Shown here: positions 26,080-39,400 of the stretch, one piece after another | How positions within the stretch are numbered: the first letter of the stretch is position 1 | Layout of the letters: each line of letters begins with the position of its first letter | From: Utricularia gibba | Lineage: Eukaryota; Plantae; Magnoliophyta | NCBI GenBank assembly: GCA_002189035.1 | Contig: NEEC01000023.1 | Coordinates: 558,001 to 622,000 of the forward strand | Reading direction: 5' to 3' | Length of the DNA stretch: 64,000 bases | The notes under the pieces: generated by a model | Seen by the model: the letters and a program-made list of their open reading frames with translations, nothing else | The model's database searches: none | What the model was told of the DNA's origin: nothing | Made by a program: the position numbers and the translations under genes

Positions 26080-27090
26080 CCATTATACTATACTTAAACA
26101 TACTAATATACTACTATCAAACGACCTCTAATAATAATAATGATAAATAATGGGGAAGTTTTGAAGCAAAGACAGATAAATAATAGATCCAAATAAAATA
26201 GAATAAATTGAAATAAATGGCAATTTACCAATTTATTTGGCCCATTTTTGGAAGCCCGTGCGTGAAGCTCGTGGGCCCAATGTACGGCCCCATAAACTGA
26301 AACAAAGACGAAGGGCAGGCCCAAAAACCGCATTTGAACGCTAGCCTTTGCCACTACCGAACGTATATATATCTATCTTGGTAGTGGGTGATGGTAATCG
26401 ATTCTCTTCCTGTTTCATATTTTCGCAGATCTCTCACTCCGACGAAAAGGTAACGAAATATGATAAACGTTCATCGTATTTTCTGATCTTCGTTTCTCTT
26501 CTCTTCGATTTTACGGCATTTTGTTGTTCTTGTTGTGAGCTGGATCACTGGATCACTGGTTCTTGGTTTTGATCCGACTTTTTATCATTGGTTCGAATCT
26601 CATTCATTTTGTTTGTTTTCGTGATTGTTGAGATCCAGATGAAATTTTTGAACTTTGAGCTTGGTATTTATCAGGTAGTATTTTGTTTATAGTCTCGGGA
26701 ACGCCGAGGATATTGTGAATGCAGTAATGTGTTTGCTAGATCGATTGGTGCGGTTATTTGAATTTGTTGAGATCCAGATCTTGCTTAATTTTGAGTTTTC
26801 AATTACCTCGCACTTCTCAGATTGCATTTGGTGGTTTCATTATGTAAAATCTCTGGCTTTTCGGTCTCCTGAGGGGACTAAGAATATGTTTTATGACATG
26901 TGGTGCAGTAAAATTCTGCGTTCTATTTATTAGGTTGTCGTTTTTTGTCGATTTTGCATCAAGATTCGTAGAGAATCCTACAGTGCAAGCGTATGCATTC
27001 ATTAAGCTGAAAATCTACAAAAGAGGATCATCGTGATGCAAAATGTAGTTGATTTTTTACATTCATGATGTTTTTTACTCAGGTTAAGAT

Positions 27091-28263
27091 ATGGATACCT
27101 TTCTCTTTACATCCGAGTCGGTTAATGAAGGGCATCCCGACAAGCTTTGCGATCAAGTCTCCGACGCCATCCTTGATGCTTGTCTCGAACAGGATCCGGA
27201 GAGCAAGGTGGCTTGTGAAACATGCACCAAGACAAATATGGTAATGGTATTCGGCGAGATCACAACCAAGGCGAAGTTGAATTATGAGAAAATAGTCAGG
27301 GATACATGCAGAGGCATCGGTTTCACATCACCTGATGTCGGTCTTGATGCCGACCACTGCAAGGTCCTCGTCAACATCGAACAGCAGAGTCCTGACATTG
27401 CTCAAGGAGTCCACGGACATCTTACAAAGAAGCCCGAGGAAATTGGGGCTGGTGATCAAGGACATATGTTTGGTTACGCTACTGATGAGACACCAGAGCT
27501 GATGCCACTTACTCATGTGCTTGCCACCAAGCTGGGAGCCAAGCTTACTGAAGTCAGGAAGAGCAAAATTTGTCCATGGTTGGGTCCTGATGGTAAGACG
27601 CAGGTCACCGTTGAGTACAAGAATGATAATGGAGCCATGGTTCCTGTAAGAGTCCACACTGTTCTCATCTCGACGCAGCACGACGAGAATGTAACAAATG
27701 AGAAGATTGCCGCTGATCTCAAGGAGCATGTCATCAAGCCTGTCATCCCTTCCAAGTACCTTGATGACAAAACTATATTCCATCTCAACCCATCAGGGCG
27801 GTTCGTGATCGGTGGTCCCCATGGAGATGCTGGTCTTACTGGCCGTAAAATCATCATCGACACCTACGGTGGTTGGGGTGCCCATGGCGGCGGTGCTTTC
27901 TCCGGCAAAGATCCCACCAAGGTGGACAGAAGCGGCGCATACATCGCGAGGCAAGCAGCGAAGAGCGTGGTGGCTTCCGGCCTGGCTCGTCGCTGCCTCG
28001 TGCAAGTGTCGTATGCGATCGGGGTGGCAGAGCCGCTTTCCGTATTCGTCGATACTTACAAAACCGGGAAGATCCCGGACAGGGACATCCTTGCTCTGAT
28101 CAAGGAGAAGTTCGACTTCAGGCCAGGGATGATCGCCATCAACCTTGACTTGAAAAGGGGAGGCAACTTCAGGTACCAGAAGACCGCTGCTTACGGCCAC
28201 TTCGGCAGAGAGGACGCCGATTTCACTTGGGAGAAGGTGAAAATCCTCAAGCCCAAAGCTTGA
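27091..28263 (+). CDS. MAT3: S-adenosylmethionine synthetase (MAT3/SAMS3 type), 390 aa
   Basis: [25 protein letters not shown] and GGGAFSGKD signatures; intronless CDS with a 5-prime UTR intron acceptor (ttactcag) at ~27082. Confidence 0.97.
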   Translation: MDTFLFTSESVNEGHPDKLCDQVSDAILDACLEQDPESKVACETCTKTNMVMVFGEITTKAKLNYEKIVRDTCRGIGFTSPDVGLDADHCKVLVNIEQQSPDIAQGVHGHLTKKPEEIGAGDQGHMFGYATDETPELMPLTHVLATKLGAKLTEVRKSKICPWLGPDGKTQVTVEYKNDNGAMVPVRVHTVLISTQHDENVTNEKIAADLKEHVIKPVIPSKYLDDKTIFHLNPSGRFVIGGPHGDAGLTGRKIIIDTYGGWGAHGGGAFSGKDPTKVDRSGAYIARQAAKSVVASGLARRCLVQVSYAIGVAEPLSVFVDTYKTGKIPDRDILALIKEKFDFRPGMIAINLDLKRGGNFRYQKTAAYGHFGREDADFTWEKVKILKPKA

Positions 28264-28579
28264 TTCAGCTACTGCAGAAGATGGAATGAGGTACCCCGAT
28301 GCTCTCCATTCTTTTAAAATATTCAATAAATTATTTTCTAATTATATTAATTTATATAATTAAATAATATATGTATATTAGAAAATGAATGGGGACACCA
28401 AATCCTGAATGGCGAATCCGAAGAATCCGTACCATTGGGTTTCCTCATCACACTCAACATGTACACCTACTCGAGGGACACAGCACCAAACTTCTCTTCT
28501 TCTTCTCCCTCAGGATGAACCATATGCTGAGAGCCAACGGCCAAACTTCTAGAACTTTCTCGTGCTGCTGCTGCTGCTA

Positions 28580-30285
28580 TCACCACTGGCACAGTTTGAT
28601 GATCATGGAGAGCATGTGGTGTGGCCGCCCCTCGTCTGCTTGGTGTTGTAGGAGTTGCAGTGCAAGCACTTGTGAGCCACAAAGTGGAAGCTCACTTCAC
28701 ATGTCTCCCCGCAGTCGTTGCAGAGGATCCACACCTTCACAACACGTTGCCAGTCAGTCGTCGCTCATGGCGATGGACATGCAAAATGGGGGAAATGGGT
28801 TCTCACCATTTTATTCTGATACATCTGAGGCATTGGCGTTGATGCAACCTGAAAAAACATTGAGTCATTAGAATGGTTCCGAAATGGTTCGAAACGCGGC
28901 GGCGGCGGCGGCGGCGGCGGCGTTCGACATACCTCCTGGTCGAGCTTCTCCCAGACGTGAGTCATGTCGCAATATGATTTAGAGCACACCGGACAAGCGT
29001 ACCTGCAAGCCCAACTATCAGCAGTTTGGACAGAAAGTGGAGCAGGGGGTGATCAGCAGAGGAAAGGATCTTACTGGAGATGGTGCTCCATGTCCTTAAG
29101 ACAGTCGAGGTGAATGGTATGCCCACATGACAGGACTGTGACATCGCTCATCGTGTCGAAAAGATACTGCACCACAGAAACCATGTCCTCACTGTTACAG
29201 AGGAACCAGTAGAGCAACATGAGAAGATCAGTCTGTTACACTTACCTCGAAGCAAACTGGGCAGTTGTGATGCATAGCTCTCTCTATACACACGTGAGAG
29301 TCCTTCAGTGTATTGGAATAGCAGCACTCTGAAAACAAAACACAGAGGTAACTGAATGGCTCCAACATCACTCCGCAAAAGGGATTAAGGAACAGAGGAG
29401 ACGTACCGCATCGATCACAGTGGAAGAAGTTTTCTTTGCCACCCTTTCTGTGAGAAGAAAAATAGCAGACATAAAGTGTCAGGAGGAGTAGATAAGCTGA
29501 AAGATATGATTGGGAGAATGGTGACAACCTGCAGATTCCGCATTTGTCACAGTGATATTGATTCTTTGAAACCTGAGAATGAGAATCGTATCATTGTACA
29601 GCAAGAGAAGAGGTTAAAGTTGTAGTTGGGACTGAATCAGAAGGAATCTTACATCATCATCAAAGAACTTGCATTTCGAGCAATAGTACTTCCCCATGCA
29701 GACTCCGCAATTGGTGCACGTCTGTTGGACCTGCAAATCACACAGCTTCATATCAATAAAAATCTTCTGGGAAAGACTGTGCTGTGTAAAGCTTGAACTC
29801 ACATCTTGTTCAGTGTTGCACACAGAGCAGATTATCTGAAGACAAATGCAAACACAGTATTTTATTAGAATATCATCATCAGTTTCAATGAAGTGAGAAA
29901 TTGGAGAGAAGAATGAGATTTTGAACTCACCCTTTCGATTTCATGACGAGGGAGGTCATGTCTGTTGAGTGGATCCACAGATATAGAGTTCTGATCAATT
30001 ATTATTACAAGAACTTAGAATCCTTCCTTACAAATGGACAGCATATGCAAGAAGAAATAACAACAAAGATGAACCTTAGCATCATTGTGGCAGTGTCTGC
30101 AATCAAATATTTCATTGCAGCAGGGTGCTACGATCCGGCACCTCCTCTGATAATGTACGCATCTGAAAAGTACGAAGATTTTCCCACAAAAATCAACAAC
30201 CCCAGTTCTAGTATGCACGACTTGAAAAAGAAGAACGCAAAGATACACAATTCCCATACCCGTATTTCTCAAGCAGAGAGTCCAT
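28580..30285 (-). CDS. CHY zinc-finger / RING-H2 E3 ubiquitin ligase (CHYR1/RCHY1-like)
   Basis: [52 protein letters not shown] and WILCNDCG; multiple short exons join in phase. Confidence 0.92.
28896..28922. repeat. Intronic (GCG)9 microsatellite
   Basis: Perfect triplet run inside a short intron of the CHY gene. Confidence 0.85.
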
Positions 30286-31502
30286 TTCTTTCTGGGTTTT
30301 CCGGGGAACAAAGCGCCTGGCGAAGGATCAGCCTCAGGATGCAGATAAATAACACGCAACAGCGCAATCCAATAAACGCGAATACAAACCTTGTTTGTGT
30401 TGAGGGATAAAAGGGAAGCACATCGTCAGGGTTTATATAGCCGTGGAGAAGTAAGAAACCAGTGGGAATTAGGGAAACCTAAAAAACACGCCCAAGGTAT
30501 TATCTTTTGCTTTTTTGGATTTTGTTGGGTTCGTCAACGACGGGAAGGTGCGCTGACGAGGTTCCACGCCAGCGCCTTCACTATGTAGAAATCGACTACT
30601 TGCTCTCCTCTCCCCCCTCCTGCTGACGCCGGCGAAAATTCTGACTACGACTACAAAAAAAAAAAAAAAAAAAACGTTTATTTTGACGGCAACGGACGAG
30701 ATTTCTCCCACACAAAAAGACACCTTTTCTTTAAAACTCGAATCCAAACTTGAATGCAACAACCGTAAGCACTCGCCTAACAAAACCCAGCCCCCTGTCC
30801 TGAAAAAAATACGTTCTTATCCACGAGTCCACATAGGTGGAAGTTCCTCCCTGATGTTTCGCAGGAAGATTTATTTTTACTTAAAAAAATATTAAAAAAA
30901 GCAAACCCATTCTTGCAAGCATCGCGGTTTCAGATAAGGTGGGAGCACTGCCGGCACGATGAAGACGACGATGGATCATGTCCGTTAATCCTTATTTAAA
31001 ATATTAAAAAGGAGATAATACATTTGTACTTTTCTCTCCCTCCGGACCCCACTTCACGTGGCTAAAGTCTAGAACCAATCCAGGAGCACATTTTTTTACT
31101 ATTATAAACCCTGATATTTTTAAAAAGTAATTATTAATTGTTTGAGGAAAATCTCACGTACGGAATGAATTCTAATTTCGCTAATTTTGAATTATTAAGC
31201 CGGTTCTAGTTTCTTTAGTGACGGGATTAATTTAAAAAATGTGGTCCATATTATTACGCATTTTCCACGTCAATTTTATTTGTTTTATTCTTCGAATTGA
31301 TGTGAAAAGAGCTTCCGCTTTTCTACAGTTGGAAAACGGAATCAATTTTTCCTATTTTTTGAAAATTATTTTAAGAAAATAAAAGATAAAAAATTCAGTT
31401 TGGATATGAAAAGTCCGGTCGTACTTTTCAAGGGTATGAAGCCCGGCCCGTTTTGGGAATATTTGGGCTAGCAATTTGTCCGTATTCGGAGCATCCCCCG
31501 GA

Positions 31503-33977
31503 ATGGCGGCTCTGGGTTTCGCGGCGCGGTTCCAGTGTTCACACCTTGGATCCGAATCCGATTTCGTCGGCCGTTGCCGCCGGAAGCCTTTCATCCATGG
31601 CGCCCTCCCCGGGACGGGCTGGGAGGTTTTGCCTGATATTACGAAGGCATCGCCACCGGCGTCGTTGCTGCGGCTGACAGTTTCGCCGGGCTCTCTCCAG
31701 CCTGAAAGTGGGTATTTGGTGCCCAATCTGAATATGGGGAATGGGTTTTTGGGTGATGGTGTGTTGAACGAAATGCAGTACTTAACGAATATCCTGGGGT
31801 CGAAGGTTTATGATGTGGCTCATGAGTCTCCATTGGAACTCGCTACGAAGCTAACGGAGAGATTGGGAGTCAATGTATGGTTGAAAAGAGAGGATCTTCA
31901 GCCGGTACGTGGGTGATTTTATATTTTTCTCGAGTGATGGAATTGTGTTGGCTGTGATTACATATCAAGTTCCTTTCTTGTTTACAGGTGTTCTCGTTCA
32001 AGCTTCGAGGTGCTTATAACATGATGGCAAAACTTCCAGAAGAACAGCTTAAAAGGGGCGTTATTTGTTCATCCGCTGGAAATCATGCTCAAGGAGTTGC
32101 ATTGTCAGCCCGGAAATTGGAATGCGATGCTGTCATTGCTATGCCTGTAACTACACCAGAGATCAAGGTTTTTTTTTTTTTGTTTATGTTGTTCTCTTAG
32201 TTTTATCTCATTGCATCATCTGGATTTTGACTCCCTTTTGGTTGATGCTGCTGTTATAGTGGAAATCTGTTGAAAGATTGGGAGCTACCGTGGTTCTCAC
32301 AGGGGATTCATATGATGAAGCTCAAGCATATGCCAAGAACAGGGCTTTAGAGGATGGACGCACGTTTATTCCTCCTTTTGATCACCCTGATGTAATTGCA
32401 GGGCAGGGAACAGTTGGTATGGAGATCGTGAAACAGATGAAACATCCAACGGAAGCAATATTTGTGCCCGTTGGTGGTGGTGGGCTCATAGCTGGTATCG
32501 CAGCCTACGTGAAAAAGGTCTGTCCAGAAGTGAAAATCATCGGTGTAGAACCATTTGATGCAAATGCAATGGCTTTGTCACTGCACCATGGCCAACGTGT
32601 TGCATTGAGCCATGTGGGAGGTTTTGCTGATGGTGTAGCAGTCAAAGTGGTTGGCGAGGAGACTTTCCGCCTCTGCAGGGAACTAATAGATGGTGTAGTT
32701 CTCGTTAGCCGTGATGCTATTTGTGCTTCGATAAAGGTTTGCTTGCTTTTCTACTACAGGTCTTTATGATTTTACATTGATCAGGTGCACTTTGTCATAC
32801 AAATGTTTATCCCTATATGTTACTGCCTTGCTGTGTGTCCTCAGTGCTTCGTTATATGGTGTAGGATATGTTCGAAGAGAAAAGGAGCATATTAGAGCCA
32901 GCAGGGGCTCTTGCATTATCTGGAGCTGAAGCATACTGCAAATACTACGGAATCAAGAGTAAAAACATAGTTGCTCTAACCTCTGGAGCTAACATGAACT
33001 TTGATAGATTGAGATTGGTAACGGAACTGGCGGACGTCGGCCGGCGTCGTGAAGCTGTGCTTGCAACTTACATGCCAGAGGAGCGTGGTAGCTTTAAAAG
33101 ATTCTGCGAGCTTGTAAGGCACCGCCACCTTTCTTCCTTCCACAGATATAGACGCAAAACTTCTGATGATAGCATTTGCTTTTGTCGCAGGTGGGACCTA
33201 TGAATATCACTGAGTTCAAATACAGATATAATCAAGACAAAGGAAAGGCCTTAGTCTTGTACAGGTGAGGGATAAAGCACTGTAATCAATTGATTGCTCT
33301 TCAGCTCTGAACCACCTGCCATTTTGCGCTAGTATATATATGATTCCCCTTCTGTTGAACAGTGTTGGCCTTCACACTGAATATGAACTTAATGAAATGC
33401 TCGAAAGAATGAAGTCTTCCGGGCTAGAGACAATGGACCATACTGCAAATGACCTGGTGAAAGATCATTTGCGGCATCTGGTGAGCTTTCCATTTCTAAC
33501 GACTTGGGAGTTTTAGTGTGTCTGAATCACGTGAAATCCGGTGTTCTTTTCGGATTTCTTGATGTATGATGCACCCTGTGTGCCTTTTTCTCAGATGGGT
33601 GGAAGATCATATGTGAAAGATGAGCTTCTTTGCCGGTTCGTGTTCCCGGAAAGGCCCGGCGCTTTGATGAAGTTCTTGGATGCATTGAGCCCCCGCTGGA
33701 ACATAACACTATTTCACTACCGGGGCCAGGTTTTCACCCCTCAATCTTCATCAAGCTCCCTCTTTAACAACAGAAACACTTCAGTACTCCGTTGTGATTA
33801 CTCGTCCCATGCAGTTTCTGATGTGATTGATTACAGGGAGAAACGGGTGCCAATGTGCTTGTCGGCATCCAAGTTGCTGAGCCGGAGATGCCCGAGTTCC
33901 GGGACCGTGCCGGCAGCCTGGGGTACGATTTCCGAATAGAGAACCACAATGAAGCTTTCCACCTGCTAATGCGGTGA
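31503..33977 (+). CDS. OMR1: Threonine deaminase, biosynthetic, plastid
   Basis: Transit peptide, [18 protein letters not shown] (PLP lysine), [19 protein letters not shown] and two C-terminal regulatory repeats; eight exons. Confidence 0.96.
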
Positions 33978-34381
33978 GCAGAGGTGCGCGCCCTGGTTCA
34001 ATGGGTGAGCTCAGCCGGTTCTCGGTTCCACTCTGGTGTCTGGCGCCGGATGCATCAACCCGGAGAAACTGTCAGCTTGTGTAGTGCTTGCAGTGTTGTG
34101 TGGAGCACCAAAGAGGAAACTGTCAGCTTGTGTAGAAGATCATCGTACCATTCGAAAATGGCTATAGAATTTGTTTTGCAGTTGGTGTGAAAAATAATAT
34201 TGATTAAATGTGATCAGATTTATGATGATATATATATTTTTTAATTTTAGAATTGGGAATTCACATATTTCACAATTTATTTGAAAAATTGATAAAAAAA
34301 AAATAATTATTGGTTTTTTTTATTAGGAATTTAGATTTCGAATTTTTTTGAGAAATAAAATAGGAACATTCGTACAGGCTT

Positions 34382-34496
34382 GCCACGTAGTAATTCGTTT
34401 GGAATATCGTGCATTGTGAGAGCGACACGTGTTGTCCTGTCAGACCTTTCACCGTACACGTGTCCTCTCTGATTCTGTAGTCTACTATATATATAA
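34382..34496 (+). promoter_or_regulatory. ABRE cluster plus TATA box of the LEA gene
   Basis: GCCACGTA 34382, GACACGTG 34424, TACACGTGTC 34455 and TATATATAA ~34486. Confidence 0.65.
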
Positions 34497-34542
34497 TGGT
34501 TGATGCTTCAGGTGACCTCCACGTAGTTGCTGGTTCTGAAAA

Positions 34543-35687
34543 ATGGCTTCGAGTAAAGAAGAGAGAGCTGAAGTAGCGGCGCGCGCGGCGGCGGAGGAGC
34601 TGTCGGACGTCAATAGGGAAAGAAAAATGACTGCTGCGGCGGAGGAGGAGAAGAGGACTCCGGGAATGGTCGAAAGTTTGATCAAGTCAGCTCAGCAGAC
34701 CATGGAGCATGCCAAGGAAGCTGTGATCGGGAAGTCGCATGAGGCCGCTGAGAAAACCAGGGAAACAAAGGATTCCGCGGCGGCGAAGATCGGGGAGTAC
34801 AAAGACTCCGCAGTGGAGAAAGCAAAAGAGGGTAAAGATGCAACTGTGGAGAAAGCCAAAAGTGCGAAGGACACAGCAGTAGAGAAAGCAGGGGAGTACA
34901 GAGACTACACTGCTGAGAAGGCGAAAGAAGGTGAAGTGGCGACAGTGGAGAAAGCAGGGGAGTACAAGGACTACACTGCGGAGAAAGCTAAAGAAGGTAA
35001 AGATGCGACTGTGGGGAAGATGACGGAGATGAAGGACACGGCAGTGGACGCGGCGAGAAGGGCTGTGGATTTTTTAACTGGGAAGAAAGAGGAGACGAAG
35101 AAAGCCGCAGGTGAAGCCGCTGGAGCTGCAGAGGAGAAAACAGTGGAGGCGAAAGATGAAGTAAAGGTCAGCCGTTTGTAAAGCTTCGTTTCTTTTCCTC
35201 TTCTTCTTGTCGTGGTTAACACACAGAACAAATGAATAAAGTCCCGCTTTTTACTCAAAAACTTGCTCTGAGGATCAGAAATTTCATTCCAAAAAAACAC
35301 TGCAATTACAGGGGAAGTACGAGGAGACGAAGGAAGAAGCAACCAGAAAAATGGAAGATATGAAACTCGGAGAACACAGGTACTTCCAACCACCAAAAAC
35401 ACTCCTCAGTTGTCGTCTTGTTATTGCAGTTGCCTGAATTGCTCCCACCAATTAGCAGGGCCACCGAAGATAAAGCAGGCGGCGGCGGTGGCGGAATCAT
35501 GGGTGTATTCGAAGGCGTAAAAGACGCGATCAAAGGAACACTGACGCCCCATCAAACAAGTGAAGAGCAAGAGAAGACACGGGGAGTAGAGGAAGGCGTG
35601 GTTGTGGAGATGGATCCAGGCAAGAACGCAGCGGGCGAACCCGGAGTGACCCGTGTCCGACTCATCCGGGATGATCGGCATCCATGA
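34543..35687 (+). CDS. ECP63: Late embryogenesis abundant protein, group 3 (ECP63-like)
   Basis: [20 protein letters not shown] at the N-terminus, 11/22-mer repeats ([17 protein letters not shown]); exons 34543-35166, 35312-35379, ~35459-35687. Confidence 0.88.
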
Positions 35688-35763
35688 ACATCCGCCACTC
35701 CCTCCTCAGTTCCTCAGAAAACTGTGCTTGTTGCTGTTATAGATGAATAAGTCGTCGTCCCCC

Positions 35764-35766
<3 letters not shown>

Positions 35767-35830
<64 letters not shown>
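35767..35830 (+). repeat. Poly(A) tract of 64 nt
   Basis: Uninterrupted A run about 80 nt after the LEA stop codon. Confidence 0.95.
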
Positions 35831-35832
<2 letters not shown>

Positions 35833-36497
35833 GTTATATAAAAAAAAACCGTTATATGGATATGATATGTTCATGTTGCATCATGTACCATTTCCAATGG
35901 GCCGACGTTGAGTGTGATGGGCCTGGAAGAAAACAATTGGCCCAGCCCTTACTGCAACGTAATGGCCCGCCAACGGCCCGATTCCTACGCACCAAGTCTA
36001 CTCTACTAAAAAGTTATTTTAAATAAATTATTTGTTGTATTAAAAATACAAATTTGTAATTATTGAGTTATAAAGTATGACTATTAATAAATATGAAATA
36101 TGTCATTTATTTATAAAAATAATTTCTTATGTTTTTTTATATTTCAAAAATGAATGAATGTTACAATAACTATTTCTAAAAAATATATCAATTCCATTTC
36201 ATTAAAATTTTTAATTTTGTTAGAACAAATGCTGACGTGGTTTTTAAAAGTAACCTTAGTCCGCAAAAGTGTAAAATGAATAAATAAATATAAATAAAAA
36301 GAGAGCGCTTTAAATGATTGAGGCATTGAGCCCCAAATTTTTAATAATTGAATATCAGCACGATTTCGGTGTGCATTTTTAGCATATGGCTGTGTCCGTG
36401 TTCCCAGAATGTTTGTAGAAACTTTTCCTGCAAGATTCTTACTTTTGCAGCTGGAATCCGACGACCTGGTGCACGCCGAAGCGTGGGGAGAATTCCG

Positions 36498-39400
36498 ATG
36501 GAACTTCCCGTCCGGAGATCGAATTACGCGTTGCTGGGCCAAGTTCCGGACGAGGAGTTGAATCAGCAGCCTTATTACAACGAATACCGCTCAGTAGATG
36601 GAGTCAGTTTGAGGCAAGATCGCAGGGCGTCGCTTGAATGGGATACAGTTGATCACCGGACGATTCCTGCTCCACCGCATAGCAGGGTATCTTCTGGCGT
36701 TTTCCCTGGTTCATTAGGGCTGCAACGGCAGTCCAGTGGGAGTAGTTTTGGTGAAAGTTCGGTTTCGGGGGATTATTTTGTGTCTACGCGCTCGAATACT
36801 GACGTCGGGGGTGAGGTAAGGGATAAGGGAGTGGAGCTGTACGGTGGAGGTGGGGGCGGTTCATCTGCTTCAAAGAGCTGGGCCCAGCAGACGGAGGAGA
36901 GTTATCAATTGCAATTGGCTTTGGCACTTCAACTGTCCTCTGAGGCTGCGAGCGCTGATGATCCAAACTTCTTGGAACTCTCAGTTGATGATCCTTCGAA
37001 TTCGTCGGCGGCAGGGGAGGCCCTTTCTCATAGATTCTGGGTATGAAATTCGATTTCGCTAAACAAGTGCTGTTTTTGTAAATAAAATTTGGATTACAAG
37101 GGCCGAAGCGATGAAAAGTTGGGTAGTTGGATTACAAATTAAGGTTAAGCATTCCTTAAGAACACTTTTTCACTAACGTGCACGTCGTCGATAAAGTTGT
37201 TTTCTTTGGCACTTCGCTTTTATATCATAAATCAGTGGCCCATCTGCTTTGTGGGTTCATATGTGATGTTTTTTCTATGTCGAAAAACTTTGAACGCGCT
37301 GAAAGACAATTCTTTGAAGTTTGTGGTGAAATCGAGAAGTTCATTTCATGTCTGTTGGTTGAGCAGCGGGAATGGATTCTTCTATTTTGCAGGTCCTGTG
37401 TGTTCATTTGATTGGTGACAAGCGAGAATGACACTAACTGGGGCTCTTCTGGATGTTGTTGTTGAGTTTCCCTAGTCCAAGTGTAGCTGCATAATATCTG
37501 AATGCGTGCATGTATCTTATACGTATTTACATGGTAATATTTTCTTGCACCATTCAGGTAACTGGTTGTACTTCGTACTTCGACAAGCTTTCAGATGGGT
37601 TCTATTCTATCCATGGCATGGATCCATATGTATGGACTGTTTGCTCTGATCTTCATGAAAGTGGCAGGATCCCATCGCTTGAATCATTAAGGACTGTGAA
37701 TCCTGCAAGTGTGCTTTCTGTTGAAGTGATATCTGTGGATCGCCGAGAGGATCGCATTTTGAGGGAGTTGCAGGATAAGATAATTAGTTTGTCGTCGACA
37801 CTCATCATGAAGGAAGAAGTTGTTGAACAGCTTGCAAAGCTTGTTTGCGATCATCTGGGGTGATTTTAGTGATTGAATTATGTTAATTTATGCCTGCCAT
37901 AAATCAATGCCTTACAGTAATCATATTTTTCCTGCTACCTAAGGGGGTCAGCTTCTAAAGGAGAAGAGGATTTGTGTACAATGTGGAAGCAGTTGAGTCA
38001 TGATTTAAAAGATAGTTTCTGCTCGATTGTGCTTCCAATTGGCAGTTTGCATGCTGGATCATGTAGACACCGTGCTTTGCTATTTAAAGTATGTTCACAA
38101 GCATTTCTTTTACTTTATATTCTGAAAACTGAAACACTCTATTCGGCTTCGTTGATCCATGTTTGTGGCCTCCCGCCACATGTTGCAGTAGACATTGCCA
38201 GTTGCTATCGAAACTGGTTTGATTCCTAGTTTTTGTGGTGACATGGGTAGCCTACCCTAAACTACCTGAATGCATCAAATTGTTTTCCTACTCTTGTACG
38301 TTTGCTAAAGTACATCATGTGTTTTGCCCTGGAAATTCTTGTTTTCATGGTTCTACATGCTCTTTCTGGCCCTTTTGCAATATTTGATAGTCCATCTTCT
38401 CTCTAGGTTTTGGCTGACGTAATTGGATTACCGTGCCGAATTGCTAAAGGCTGTAAATATTGTAATCGAGAGGATGCCTCCTCATGTCTTGTCCATTTCG
38501 AACCAGAAAGGTATATCTTCATAGTCAAATGATTCAGCTGTGAAGTCATGAACTGTACCAGGTTTCTTCATTTACCATCGTTGGAACTGATATGCTCACC
38601 AACTGTGGGCTCTGGCACCACAGGGAGCATGTTGTTGATCTCATTGAGAAACCTGGATGCTTAAGCGCGCCTGATTCTTCGCTGAATGGCCCTTTAACAA
38701 TATCTATTTCTTCGCCCCTGTGTTTGCCTCGATTGAAACCAATGGAACCTCCAGTTGATTTCAGAACAGTTGCTAAAAGTTATTTTGAGGATTTTCAGTC
38801 TCTTACCAATATTTTTTCTGGTTCTGCATCAGGTAAATATGGTCTAAACTGAGCTTGTTTATGCATTTTTTTCCTCCGAATTTTGTGAAGTGGCTTTGCA
38901 TTAACCTTGAGTAGAATTTGAACATGAAGTTACACTCATAATTGGTTTGAAAAACTTTCTAATGCTCTAGAGGTCATTTTACTACCACAGATGTAAAAAA
39001 TGGCACAATTCCCTCAAACGTCATCCCTTCATCTGGCCATATAGATGTTCAGCCACTAAATGATGATGATCGTAGAGGAAATCCAAATGAAGAAATGAAG
39101 CCCAGAAAAGAAAATCTTTTGTTTTCTCCGAAAACAAGTCGAGAGCTGGCTCTTGATATGCAAGAACTAAATATTCCATGGAAAGATCTTGTTCTAAAGG
39201 AGCGAGTTGGTGCAGGTATTCCCATTTTCTGAAAGGCTTTCTCCATTTTCTTGTTCTCTTTTTGGTTTAACTGACGGCTTCTCTAACTGGCTTTCAGGCT
39301 CTTTTGGTACAGTTCATCGTGCGGAATGGAATGGTTGTGTAAGTTACCTCCCTCTCTGCATCTCAAGATGTGAAACTTTTTCCTGCCCTTCTCTCATGGT

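Noticed and set aside
27328-28326. Long antisense and alternate-frame ORFs (116-177 aa) over SAM synthetase
   Set aside because: Shadow ORFs caused by codon bias; no independent motifs
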